Source: Candidatus Eiseniibacteriota bacterium
Lineage (GTDB): Bacteria; Eisenbacteria; RBG-16-71-46; CAVPCR01
NCBI GenBank assembly: GCA_963702435.1
Contig: CAVPCR010000001.1
Location: forward strand, 736,001-800,000
Direction: 5' to 3'
Length of the DNA: 64,000 bases
Shown one piece after another: positions 1 through 10,420 of this stretch. The notes below the pieces were generated by a model that saw only the letters and a program-made list of their open reading frames with translations, had not been told where the DNA came from and made no database searches. The position numbers and the translations under genes are program-made. The first letter of the stretch is position 1; every line of letters begins with the position of its first letter.

Positions 1-50
1 GATGGAGTTCGCCACAACCGCCCCGCCGCCTGGGGCTGATGACTCCTGCG
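1..50 (+). ncRNA. Fluoride riboswitch (crcB motif), 5' end clipped by the window edge
   Basis: GATGGAGTTCGCC...AAC...GCTGATGACTCCT matches the conserved fluoride aptamer pattern; it lies directly upstream of DUF190-crcB. Confidence 0.92.
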
Positions 51-72
51 TGACCGCGCGGGAGTCTTTTTC
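41..72 (+). terminator. Intrinsic terminator forming the riboswitch expression platform
   Basis: Stem GACTCCTGCGT/GCGCGGGAGTC followed by T6; the 5' arm overlaps the aptamer's 3' GACTCC strand. Confidence 0.85.
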
Positions 73-96
73 GTTCTGTGACCTGGAGGGACTCGG

Positions 97-462
97 ATGA
101 CCATGCCGGAAGAAGCCATCCTGCTCCGGATCTTCATCGGCGAGAGCGATCAACTCGGCGGCAAGCCACTCTACGAGGCGATCGTGCTCAAGGCGCGTGA
201 GACGCACCTGGCCGGAGCCACCGTGCTCCGCGGTCTCATGGGCTTCGGCCGGAGCTCGCGCCTCCACACGGTGAAGGTGCTCCGTCTCTCCGCCGATCTC
301 CCCATCGTGGTCGAGATCACCGACGTCGAGGCCAAGATCCAGGCCTTCCTCCCCTGGCTCGAGTCGGTGGTCGGCGGCGGGCTCATCACGCTCGAACGCG
401 CCCGCGTCATCCGCTATGCGGGCGTCGGCCCTGGCGGCGAGCGCGCTGCGGAGGAGAAGTGA
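97..462 (+). CDS. DUF190 PII-like protein
   Basis: LLRIFIGESD, AGATVLRGLMGFG and LSADLPIVVEI motifs; GGAGG RBS; adjacent to crcB. Confidence 0.9.
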   Translation: MTMPEEAILLRIFIGESDQLGGKPLYEAIVLKARETHLAGATVLRGLMGFGRSSRLHTVKVLRLSADLPIVVEITDVEAKIQAFLPWLESVVGGGLITLERARVIRYAGVGPGGERAAEEK

Positions 463-845
463 TGAGCGGTGGCGGCAACACCTGGTTGCTCGTGGCCGTC
501 GCCGGCGCCGCCGGCACCCTCTTCCGCTACGGCCTCGGCGGCTGGCTCGCGCGCGCGACGGGCGGCACGTTCCCGTGGGAAACGCTCGCCATCAACACGT
601 TCGGCTCGCTCGCGATCGGCGTGCTCGCCGGCCTCGTGGATCGCGGCGCTCTCCTGCCGCCGCTGCTGCGCATGGCACTCATGGTCGGATTCCTCGGCGG
701 GTTCACGACCTTCTCGACGTTCGCGCTCGAGACGATGCGGCTCGCCGAGGGGGCGCAGTGGAGCGCGGCGGCTGCGTACATCGCGCTCACGAACGTGGCC
801 GGCCTGGCGGCAGCTTGGGTGGGGATGCGGGTGGCGGGAGTCTGA
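459..845 (+). CDS. crcB: Fluoride efflux channel CrcB/FluC
   Basis: FPWETLAIN and GFLGGFTTFSTF motifs; about 4 TM helices; under a fluoride riboswitch. Confidence 0.96.
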   Translation: MMSGGGNTWLLVAVAGAAGTLFRYGLGGWLARATGGTFPWETLAINTFGSLAIGVLAGLVDRGALLPPLLRMALMVGFLGGFTTFSTFALETMRLAEGAQWSAAAAYIALTNVAGLAAAWVGMRVAGV

Positions 846-864
846 CGGAGCGGGTTGCGCGCCG

Positions 865-954
865 GTCGCGTCAGTCGCCCGAGTTGCCTCAGTCGCATCA
901 GTCGCATCAGTCGCCTCGGCCGCCCGAGTTGCCTCAATCGCCTCGGCCGCCGCC
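865..954. repeat. Imperfect 9-bp tandem repeat (~10 units, e.g. GTCGCATCA)
   Basis: gtcgcgtca gtcgcccga gttgcctca gtcgcatca gtcgcatca gtcgcctcg... Confidence 0.85.
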
Positions 955-1404
955 GCGACCGAGCAAGCGCGCGCCCGCAGCTGGCAACGCGATCGCCCAC
1001 AGCAAGCACGCGAGCGGATAGAAGACGGCGAGCCCCACGTTTCCACTCGAGCACTTGGCCGAGCGGGAACGAGATGCCGGCAATGACGAGCGCGCCGGCG
1101 ACCCACGCGGGAAGCGTGCGCGAGCGGAGGAACCCGATCCCGAGGAGGATCGACGTGAGCGGGAAGAGCGGCCCGAGGAGAGCGACCGCGAGATACTCTC
1201 CGCTCGGCCCGTGATTGAAGGACGACTACACCTCGTCGCCCGCCCCGCGCGCACGGAGATCCTGCTCAAGCACGCGCGTGTACATCATGGCGAAACCGGC
1301 CACCGCGCCGAAGAGGCCCGTGATCGTCGTGATCGCGCCGAGCGTGCGAGGAGGAGCAGCGCCGGCCCCAGGACGAAGGCGATCCTGAGCAGCGTACGGC
1401 GCAT
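955..1404 (-). pseudogene. Disrupted membrane protein gene (3' boundary approximate)
   Basis: MRRTLLRIAFVLGPALLLL, a frame change near 1345 into TLGAITTITGLFGAVAGFAMM, an in-frame TAG at 1228-1226, then hydrophobic LAVALLGPLFPLTSILLGIGF...VIAGISFPLGQV. Confidence 0.65.
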
Positions 1405-1427
1405 GCCGTGAGCATCGATCGAGTTCA

Positions 1428-1742
1428 TCATGATACGCCTCCCGTCCAGGCCGGCCCCGGCCATCGCCACTGCCGGCGGGGCACGTGGATCCGGGCTCTG
1501 GTCATCACTCGGTCATCGCGCTGGTCATGGCGTTGATCATGGCGTGAGAAGTTCCGCCGCCTGGACGTCGCCATCATCGATCGTGACCCCCTGCGCTCGG
1601 CCACGGCGCGAAGCGTCATCGGCGCCCCGTGCTCCAGGAGCGCGATGATCGGGCACGCGAAGGTGTGCGCCTCGGGGTGATCCTTCACCGACGCGAGCGA
1701 GGGCGGCTGGATGCCGAGGAGGTCCGAGTAGGGTGTTGGCAT
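1428..1742 (-). pseudogene. Truncated gene fragment, possibly the N-terminus of a pRiA4b ORF-3-like protein
   Basis: The first ~50 aa (LGIQPPSLASVKDHPEAHTFACPIIALLEHGAPMTL) look protein-like, then the frame degrades into repeats; family assignment is recalled similarity only. Confidence 0.4.
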
Positions 1743-1793
1743 GAGATGGCGGTTGGTAGACGGAGCGCGGTAGCGCGTCCATCCGATGGAAGG

Positions 1794-2651
1794 CTACTCG
1801 TACAGAGCTTCCGTGATCCGCCCGCGCCAGTAGACCTGCGGCCCGTCCGGCAACACCCATTCGACTTCGCCGGCGAGCGGGATGCGCATGCCGCCGCGCT
1901 CTTCGTAGTCGGAGAAGCGCCCCTGCCACGGCGTGGGCACGCCCAGGCCACTCACGTCGCGGGAGCGCTCGGGCGTGTACACGCTCTCGACCAGGCCGTC
2001 TGTCGCGCGGAAGCGGAAGTCGAGCCACACGGTCGTGCCGCCGGCGGTGAGCGTGGCGCGGGCGCTCGACTCGTCGAGCGGCGTCCACGACAGGTGGGGC
2101 GACGGCAGGAGCGCGGTCGGACACCAGACCGCTTCGGCCAGATAGCGATGCAAGGCGCCGGCTGCGATCTCGGGTGTGCCCTCGACGGAGGCCAGCTGGA
2201 GAACGCCGCCCAGGCTGGCCCTCATCGTGCCCGTTCCGTTCACGAAGCCGTCTCGCACGTTGGCGGCAAGCCCCGGCGCCATGTGTATGCGCGCGTCCCA
2301 CACGAAGCCCGGCGGCTCGGCGACGACGTGCTGCGTGGCCGTGAAGGGACCCCACCTCCTTCGTTCGGCATCAATGAGGAACTCGCCTTCTTGCGTGAGG
2401 CGCCACCGGCGTGGGCTCGGCTGTCCCTCGCGGAGGACCGCGCGGAAGTAACGCGCGACCGGAGCGGGCAACGTATCGATGTGCGCGGCGGAGGTGGAGA
2501 AGGCGGCGGGCGGCGCGGCGAGATCGGCGCTGCGTGCGTTCAGATGAGCGACGAGATGCGCCGTCTTCGCACGCCAGCGGAAGCCGGCGATGGCGAGCGC
2601 GGCCACGAACGCGATGATGATGAACAACGCCATGAAGAGGATCGGGCGCAT
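1794..2651 (-). CDS. DUF6544/DUF6920-family membrane-anchored protein
   Basis: LPAPVARYF, GFVWDARI, RYLAEAVWCPTALLP and GMRIP motifs; N-terminal TM helix; the ORF-track extension to 3611 is antisense shadow. Confidence 0.8.
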   Translation of the reverse strand: MRPILFMALFIIIAFVAALAIAGFRWRAKTAHLVAHLNARSADLAAPPAAFSTSAAHIDTLPAPVARYFRAVLREGQPSPRRWRLTQEGEFLIDAERRRWGPFTATQHVVAEPPGFVWDARIHMAPGLAANVRDGFVNGTGTMRASLGGVLQLASVEGTPEIAAGALHRYLAEAVWCPTALLPSPHLSWTPLDESSARATLTAGGTTVWLDFRFRATDGLVESVYTPERSRDVSGLGVPTPWQGRFSDYEERGGMRIPLAGEVEWVLPDGPQVYWRGRITEALYE

Positions 2652-2744
2652 CGGGCCCATTCTGCCACATCTCTCGAGAGGGGAGGAAGCGGCCATGTGG
2701 AGCCGGTGCATAAGGTGCGGTGGCGTAGGTTGCGGTGGCGTAAG

Positions 2745-3836
2745 ATGTCGGCCATGGACAATCCATGGGTTCGTCGCTCTCTCCTGATCGTAGCCGTGGC
2801 CGGGTGTGTGGCACTGTGGTGGTTCTGGCGGAGCGGGGCCGGACGCGATGCGGTTCCGGTCCCCGAGTCCGTCCCGAACGCGCGCGCCGGCGTCTCCACG
2901 CCCGACCCGCTCGGCGAGCCCGATGCCGAGCTGGCGGCGGGGTTGGGAGCGATCGCGCGTGAGATTGGGATCGCGGATCTGGCCGCGCACGGGCGCGCGA
3001 GCGTGATGCTCGTGGACCTGACGGGGTTGCCGGGCGCGGCGCCGCGGGGTGCGGGGTTGCCGAGTGCAGGGTCGCAAGGCGCGGCGCCGCGGTATGCGGC
3101 GATCGCCGCCGATTCGACTCTGGCCGCTGCGAGCATCACCAAGCTCGCGATCCTCACCGCGGCTTACGCCGCCGCCGAAGCCGGTGAGATCGCGATCACA
3201 CCGGATCTGCGGGCGGTCCTCGAACGCATGATCCAATACTCCGCCAATCCGGAGGCGACGCGCGCCATCGAGATTCTCGGTTTCGAGCGCATTGCCGCCA
3301 CGATGAGGGATCCGCGAATCGCGCTCTACGACGCGGCGCGCGGCGGTCTGTGGGTCGGAAGGGACTTCAGCGGCGGCGCGGTGTGGCGAGTGGAGCCGCG
3401 CTCGGGCGAGTCGCTCGCGGCAAGCGCCGCTGCGGTTGCGCGTTTCTACGTGCTGCTCGCGCGCGGGGAACTCGTGAGCCCCGAAGCGAGCGCCGCGATG
3501 CGCGACATCCTTGCGGTGACGATGTGGAAGCACAAGTTCATCGCGGGGCTGGGCGAGGTTGCGGGGGCGGCGCGCGCCCCGCAGGCCACGCCGGTGCGCG
3601 CAGAGGACCAACCAGTCGTCCTTCCTGGCTACAAGGTCTGGAGGAAATCCGGGAGCTACGGGCCCGCGCAGGGTGACTCGGCGCTCATCGAGGCGGATGG
3701 GCGCCGCTATGTGCTCGTCTGCTTGCTCGAGGATCCGGAGGGCGGCGAGGCAAAGCTCCAGCGGCTGGCGGCCGGGGTGGATCGGATGATGGCCGAGCGT
3801 GGCCGGCAGCGGGGGTCGGGCGGCGGGGCCCCCTGA
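2745..3836 (+). CDS. Serine hydrolase of the class A beta-lactamase-like family
   Basis: SxxK (AASITK), SxN (YSAN) and KSG motifs; N-terminal membrane anchor; start at 2745 or 2754. Confidence 0.85.
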   Translation: MSAMDNPWVRRSLLIVAVAGCVALWWFWRSGAGRDAVPVPESVPNARAGVSTPDPLGEPDAELAAGLGAIAREIGIADLAAHGRASVMLVDLTGLPGAAPRGAGLPSAGSQGAAPRYAAIAADSTLAAASITKLAILTAAYAAAEAGEIAITPDLRAVLERMIQYSANPEATRAIEILGFERIAATMRDPRIALYDAARGGLWVGRDFSGGAVWRVEPRSGESLAASAAAVARFYVLLARGELVSPEASAAMRDILAVTMWKHKFIAGLGEVAGAARAPQATPVRAEDQPVVLPGYKVWRKSGSYGPAQGDSALIEADGRRYVLVCLLEDPEGGEAKLQRLAAGVDRMMAERGRQRGSGGGAP

Positions 3837-3865
3837 AAAAAGTTGGCCTGGGCTATACTTTTGTA

Positions 3866-3894
3866 TTGACAGATGCGGGCCGCCCCGCTAGGTT
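3866..3894 (+). promoter_or_regulatory. Sigma70-type promoter upstream of the HNH gene
   Basis: TTGACA-17 bp-TAGGTT. Confidence 0.6.
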
Positions 3895-4048
3895 CAAGCC
3901 ATAGAGGAGCTTCGGGCCGCGCTCTCGCCTCGCCCACCTTCCCGCGGCGGCCCCCTCCTCCTCTGGACCGATAGGCCGAAGCTCAAGTGAACCCGGGCGG
4001 CGCGCCCCTTCCGACCCCGCGCCCGCCGCCCCGATCGACCCCGACATC

Positions 4049-6382
4049 GTGCTTTTGCGCGCCCTGGCCCCGTCTCGGGTCCGGGCGACGCGTGGGTGCC
4101 GCGAGCGCTGCCGCTTCGTGCGGGAGCGGGCGTTCGCGGCCGGGAAGGGCGGTGCCGTGTCCGTGCGACCGGTCGAACGGCGATGGGAGCCGGGGGAGTT
4201 CGCGGGCGACCCGCAGGGGGAGGTGCTCTCGCCCGCGCCGGCGCTGTGGGCAGCGCGCGCGCTCGATCGCGAGCTGTGGGCGCTCGTGCATGCCGAGGCG
4301 CGTGCGGAGCGGGAGCTCGCGCGCGGTCTCGCCGCTTTGTGGGACGGGGAGCGCTATCGGCCGCTCGGCTACGTGCGGGCGATCGACTTCGTGCGCGAGC
4401 ATGTGGGGATCGAGGAAGGGACGGCGCGGCGACTGGCGCGGCTCGGGCGGGTGCTGGAGGCGACCCCGGTGCTCGATCAAGCGTTCGTCGGGGGGCGGTT
4501 GAGCGCATCGCATGTGCTCGAGCTGGCGGCGGTGGTGACGGCGGAGACTTCAGCTGAGGAGAGCGCGCGCTGGATCGCGGCGGCGACGGGGCTCACCTTC
4601 CGCGCGCTTGAGCGGCGCGTGCGCACGGCGAGGGCGGAGCGCGGGGAGAAGGAAGAAGTCACGGAAGAGGCGGCGGCCGAGGGCATGGACCCGGCGCCCG
4701 ATGGCGGCTGGATGATGATCCCCGCGCCCGCGCGCATCGGCGTCCTCTGGCAGGAGACGGTCGCCGTGGCCCGCGCCACCGCGGGCGAGCACTTGCGGCA
4801 GGGCCAGGCCGCCGAGCTCATCTTCGCCGAGTACCTCGCCGCCACCGGCGGTGACCGACCGGATCCGGAGCCCGACCTGCTCGGGGCCGCGATCGCCGAC
4901 GCCGCGCGCCAGCGCCTCATCGCCGACCTGATGGCCGCGATGAACGCGCAGGCGCACAAGAAGCCGCGGCGCGAGCGGCCCACGGTGCCGGAAGAGGAGG
5001 AGCCGCGGGCCGCCCGCTTCCCGCGCGTCCAGTGGACCGTGCCCGCCGACGTGCTGCCGCCCGACTGCGTGATCGATCCCGCCGCCGATCCCTGGGTGCT
5101 CGGCGACACCCTCATCCGCATCGCTCGCTACCAGAGCCGCCTGCGGACCGAGATCGCCCGCCGCCTCGCCCGGCTCCACGGCGCGCTCCTGTGGGCCCAG
5201 CTCGGCTTCGCCGACTTCACGACCTACTGCGAGGAGCGGTTGGGCTTCGGCCTCCGCCAGGCCGAGCGGCTCGTCCGCTTCCACCATGGCCTCGAGCGCT
5301 TCCCCGAGGTGCGCGCCGCGCATCGCGCCGGCGAGCTCTCGTACACCGCGGCTTTGCTCTTGTTACCTCTGTTGCACGAGACCACCGAGGAGCTGTGGGT
5401 GAACTGGGCGGCCCGGCTCACCTATCGCGAGATCGAGCGGGTGACCGAGTTCGCGCGGCTGTTCGCGTTGCCCGGTGCCGACGAGAGCGTGCTCGCCTCG
5501 TGGGCCGACGGTCTCATCGCCATGGGCTTTGCGCAAAGGAGGGAGGACCCCGGGGCGAACAGCACCAAGATTTCACATGACCCGACAGCGTTTGACGCGA
5601 CCGCGGCGGCCGAGGCGGGCGGGGCGACCGCGGCGACCGCGGCGGCCGGCCCGGACGACTCCACCACTTCACATGACCCGACAGCGTTTGACGCGACCGC
5701 GGCGGCCGGCGACACCACCGTCCCCCCCGACGTCCCCCTCGGCTACCCGCTCCCGCCCACCACCCCGCGCGGCCTTCCCGCGATCGCCGGCTTCCCTGCC
5801 GACCTCGCCCTCCTCCCCCAGGAGCGCTGCCTCGCCACCATCCGCTTCTTCCTCCCGCCCGACGTCCTCGACCTCGCCCTCTCCGCGCTCCTGCGCTGCC
5901 GGCTGAGCCAGGCTGACCCGCTCCGCCCCACCTGGGTCTACCTCGAGCTCCTCCTCTGCCACTTCCTCGACACCCACAGCAGCGCCGAGACCCGCGCTCA
6001 TCACCAGCGCGCCCATCCCGTCCTCTGCCGCGACGGCTTCCTCTGCACCAGCCCCGGCTGCACCGGCCACGGCCACCTCGAGGATCACCACCTCCACTTC
6101 AGGAGCCGCGGCGGCTCCGACCACCCCGCCAACCGCACCACCGTCTGCGCCGGCCACCATCGCCCCGCCATCCACCAGGGCACCGTCGAGCTCGGTGGGC
6201 TCGCCCCCGATCACTTGATCGCGCGTCTCGGCATCCATCCCGCTACCGGCCGCGCCTTCGCCGCCTACATCGGCGAGCGCCGCGTCTCCGACCACACCGC
6301 CCGCACCGCCCTCGCCGACTGGCGCCGCTCCCTCCGCCGGGGAAGCGATGGAAGTCCACCGCGGGGAGGGAACGTTGCTTGA
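4049..6382 (+). CDS. DUF222-like helical-repeat protein with C-terminal HNH endonuclease (selfish-element-like)
   Basis: C-terminal RDGFLCTSPGC...EDHH...RSRGGSD..NRTTVCAGHH; two internal copies of an LG(Y/F)...F..E..G...A.RL.R helical unit; start uncertain (4049 or ~4157). Confidence 0.85.
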   Translation: MLLRALAPSRVRATRGCRERCRFVRERAFAAGKGGAVSVRPVERRWEPGEFAGDPQGEVLSPAPALWAARALDRELWALVHAEARAERELARGLAALWDGERYRPLGYVRAIDFVREHVGIEEGTARRLARLGRVLEATPVLDQAFVGGRLSASHVLELAAVVTAETSAEESARWIAAATGLTFRALERRVRTARAERGEKEEVTEEAAAEGMDPAPDGGWMMIPAPARIGVLWQETVAVARATAGEHLRQGQAAELIFAEYLAATGGDRPDPEPDLLGAAIADAARQRLIADLMAAMNAQAHKKPRRERPTVPEEEEPRAARFPRVQWTVPADVLPPDCVIDPAADPWVLGDTLIRIARYQSRLRTEIARRLARLHGALLWAQLGFADFTTYCEERLGFGLRQAERLVRFHHGLERFPEVRAAHRAGELSYTAALLLLPLLHETTEELWVNWAARLTYREIERVTEFARLFALPGADESVLASWADGLIAMGFAQRREDPGANSTKISHDPTAFDATAAAEAGGATAATAAAGPDDSTTSHDPTAFDATAAAGDTTVPPDVPLGYPLPPTTPRGLPAIAGFPADLALLPQERCLATIRFFLPPDVLDLALSALLRCRLSQADPLRPTWVYLELLLCHFLDTHSSAETRAHHQRAHPVLCRDGFLCTSPGCTGHGHLEDHHLHFRSRGGSDHPANRTTVCAGHHRPAIHQGTVELGGLAPDHLIARLGIHPATGRAFAAYIGERRVSDHTARTALADWRRSLRRGSDGSPPRGGNVA
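5572..5708 (+). repeat. 41-bp perfect direct repeat inside the HNH gene (5572-5612 and 5668-5708)
   Basis: TTCACATGACCCGACAGCGTTTGACGCGACCGCGGCGGCCG twice, 96-bp period, encoding SHDPTAFDATAAA. Confidence 0.95.
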
Positions 6383-6416
6383 TCGGCCCGCCGCCATGGA
6401 GCCAGGGCACATCTCC

Positions 6417-6461
6417 TGACCATTTCAGCAGTTGACCATTTGTAAACATCCGTGCTAGTCT
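6417..6461 (+). promoter_or_regulatory. Sigma70-like promoter with a TGACCATTT direct repeat over the -35 box
   Basis: TTGACC (6432) -18 bp- TAGTCT (6456) with an extended -10 TG; TGACCATTT at 6417 and 6433. Confidence 0.5.
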
Positions 6462-6559
6462 CCCGTGCGCAATCCACCTCTCCCCGCAACTGCCTGGCCC
6501 GGTCCCCCGCACCTGGCCGGTTGTTTCCGAGGTGTGACCCACGCTCGAGGTATGAGCCA

Positions 6560-6892
6560 ATGACCCGTTCCTGGCGCCTGCCAACCGCTCTGCTCCTCTC
6601 CGTCGGCCTCTTGCTGGCCTTCAGTTCGACCGCGCTGTCCTACGAAAATGTGTTCGAGCAGCAGATCATCCCCGACGGCGCCGATGACCCTGACTACTCG
6701 CAAGCGGCCGGAGGATCCAGTCCCGTCCGAAGCAAGCCCGAGTCGCCGTCGAGTGGGATCCAGGACCCCGCTTCACTCACCGCATCTCACGTCGGCACCC
6801 AGCCAGACTCCCTCGAAGATGTTCCTGGGACCTGGAGGGGCTGGCTGATCGCTCTTCGAACGGGTCTTCGTCTGGGGGCTAGCTTGCTATGA
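6560..6892 (+). CDS. Small secreted protein (110 aa), putative signalling propeptide
   Basis: GAGGT RBS; Sec signal MTRSWRLPTALLLSVGLLLAFSSTALS; acidic DGADDPDY segment; Ser/Pro linker; amphipathic C-terminus. Confidence 0.75.
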   Translation: MTRSWRLPTALLLSVGLLLAFSSTALSYENVFEQQIIPDGADDPDYSQAAGGSSPVRSKPESPSSGIQDPASLTASHVGTQPDSLEDVPGTWRGWLIALRTGLRLGASLL

Positions 6893-7662
6893 CTTCCGAG
6901 CGACGTTCCTCAGATCCACGAGCGGGTGCAACGTTCGCAGGATCCCAAGGAACTGAGAGACACTTTTGAAGCTGTTCTCTCACTCCTCAACAGCGGGGAT
7001 GAGGTCGTTGCGGTCGTTGAGCTATGTAGAGATGCGCTGGATCGCGCTGAGGAACTCGGCCTAACCCCAACGGATCGACTCCGCTATGCAACAAAGCTCG
7101 TCGAGTCGCTGCGCAAGCGTGGAGCGGTGAAGGAATCTCTCGAACTGGCCGAGAGGATCATATACGATGCCAGCGACAAGTCGATTTCACCCAGTGATTC
7201 AGCAAGTTCTCTGCCGCCGCAGCGAGCGCTGCGCGTGAAGCTGGCGACTTCAAGCGCACAACAGAGCTTCTATCACAAGCCTCAGGCTACTTCGCTGAAT
7301 CCCGTGATCTGCGACAGCTTGCGGACCTTCAACGGCCATGGGCAACGTACGCTTGAGAATGCGCGAGTTCAACCAAGCTGTGGCAGCCTATCACACCGCC
7401 GTATCCACTTACTCCCTTATCGGAGACAAGCGGATGGCCGTGCGCACGCGCGCTCAAGTTGCAAGGGCTCACATGCTCGCTGGACGACTCAGGATCGCGG
7501 GCGAGTTCTTTTCAGAGGCTGTTTCCGAAGCCGATCTGGGCACGAAGGCCTGGGCCACAATAGCCTGCAATTACTGCCATCTGTCTGACCTGGCTTGGAG
7601 ACTGGGCACCGCCGCCCTCTTGCTGAACTAAAGCTGATGTCGCCGCAACGTCCCTCGGGCTT
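6889..7662 (+). pseudogene. Frameshifted N-terminal TPR region of the sigma54 activator (pseudogenised or assembly indels)
   Basis: TPR-like helices in successive frames: VQRSQDPKELRDTF..., AAREAGDFKRTTELLSQASGYF..., MGNVRLRMREFNQAVAAYHTA...; ATGA overlap with the peptide gene stop. Confidence 0.7.
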
Positions 7663-9342
<1,680 letters not shown>

Positions 9343-9432
9343 CGCGCGCCACACGAATCCGCTGCGCCAGGCCGATCCCGCTCGCGATCGACCGCATACC
9401 TCGCCGGATCCCGCCGCCACCCGGCCGCCCGG

Positions 9433-9461
9433 TTGACAGCCGCGCACCGGCTCCGTAGTTT
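9433..9461 (+). promoter_or_regulatory. Sigma70-type promoter for yhhQ
   Basis: TTGACA-17 bp-TAGTTT. Confidence 0.55.
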
Positions 9462-9514
9462 TCCTGCGTCCCGCCCCCTCCCCCACGTCGCAACCCCACC
9501 CGGAGAACCCGGCC

Positions 9515-10252
9515 ATGGCGATGAAAACCCGCCGCGACACGCTCTTCCTCATCCTCGGCGGCTTCTTCCTCACGAACGCGCTCCTCGGCGAGATGATCGG
9601 CGGGAAGATCTTCTTCCTCGGCCCCCCGGCCTTCGGCCTCGACCTCGGGTTCTTCAAGATCGGGCCGTTCATCATGTCGGTCGGCGTCATCCCGTGGCCC
9701 GTCGTCTTCCTCACGACCGACCTCGTCAACGAGTACTACGGGAAGCGTGGCGTCCGCCAGCTCACCTTCCTCGGCGTGGGGATGATCAGCTACGCCTTCC
9801 TCGTCATGTTCGCAGCACTCAAGATTCCGGCCACCGACTTCTCCCCCGTCTCCGGCGCCTCGTTCACGAACGTGTTCGGGCAGTCGATGTGGATCATCGT
9901 CGGCTCGCTCACCGCCTTCGCCGTGAGTCAGCTCACCGATGTCCTCATCTTCCACGCGTTGCGCCGCCGCACCGGCGCGGGACGGCTCTGGCTCCGCGCG
10001 ACCGGCTCGACCGTCTTCTCGCAGCTCGTCGACACGATCATCATCCTCGGCATCGCGTTCTACCTGCCGGGGAAGCTCACTGGCCAGCAGTTCCTGAACA
10101 TCGCCGTCACGCAGTACGTCTACAAGTTCACGGTGGCGGTCCTCCTGACCCCGCTCATCTACGCCGGGCACTCGGCGGCGGAGCGATTCCTCGGACCCGA
10201 GGAGGCGCACAGGCTGGCCGCGGAGGCGGCGCGGCAATCGGGGAGCTCGTGA
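9515..10252 (+). CDS. yhhQ: Queuosine precursor transporter (YhhQ/DUF165)
   Basis: FLTTDLVNEYYG, GSLTAFAVSQLTD and WLRATGSTVFSQLVDT motifs; multiple TM helices. Confidence 0.9.
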   Translation: MAMKTRRDTLFLILGGFFLTNALLGEMIGGKIFFLGPPAFGLDLGFFKIGPFIMSVGVIPWPVVFLTTDLVNEYYGKRGVRQLTFLGVGMISYAFLVMFAALKIPATDFSPVSGASFTNVFGQSMWIIVGSLTAFAVSQLTDVLIFHALRRRTGAGRLWLRATGSTVFSQLVDTIIILGIAFYLPGKLTGQQFLNIAVTQYVYKFTVAVLLTPLIYAGHSAAERFLGPEEAHRLAAEAARQSGSS

Positions 10253-10420
10253 CGGGGAGGGGCCCGCGGGCCGACCCTCCCCTCGTGCTACCCTTCCCCG
10301 CGGCGGCCTAAGGAACACTCTCCGAACCTCCGATCACGCCGAGGGGGCGAGCCACTGGCGATCGGCGCCGGCCCGCCGATCGCCAGGATTCCCGAATCCG
10401 TGCCCGACTCAGAGAGGCAA

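Noticed and set aside
1226..1228. Pyrrolysine or recoded TAG
   Set aside because: The gene has other lesions, TAG is a normal stop for many genes here, and a TGG-to-TAG nonsense change is simpler.
1629..3836. Long ORF-track calls such as the 735-aa, 605-aa, 964-aa, 771-aa and 766-aa ORFs and many antisense ORFs
   Set aside because: They are N-terminal extensions or shadows produced by stop-poor high-GC antisense frames; real starts were reassigned using RBS, signal peptides and motifs.
2745..3836. Bona fide antibiotic-resistance beta-lactamase
   Set aside because: It has SAN and KSG variants and no clear omega-loop Glu; only family-level serine hydrolase is supported.
5572..5708. CRISPR-like or DGR TR/VR pair
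   Set aside because: Only two identical in-frame copies, no adenine-specific differences and no reverse transcriptase in the window.
6383..6559. Sigma54 -24/-12 promoter for the peptide gene
   Set aside because: No convincing TGGCAC-N5-TTGC was found; a sigma70-like promoter fits better.
6890..6892. Selenocysteine or readthrough fusion of the peptide to the TPR region (the TGA is in frame with the 6926 ORF)
   Set aside because: No redox motif or clear SECIS; a signal peptide fused to a cytoplasmic activator is implausible; a 1-nt indel after the ATG at 6889 or a GTG start at 6926 explains it.
9343..9514. preQ1 riboswitch upstream of yhhQ
   Set aside because: No recognisable preQ1 stem or A-rich tail; the leader after the predicted promoter is short.
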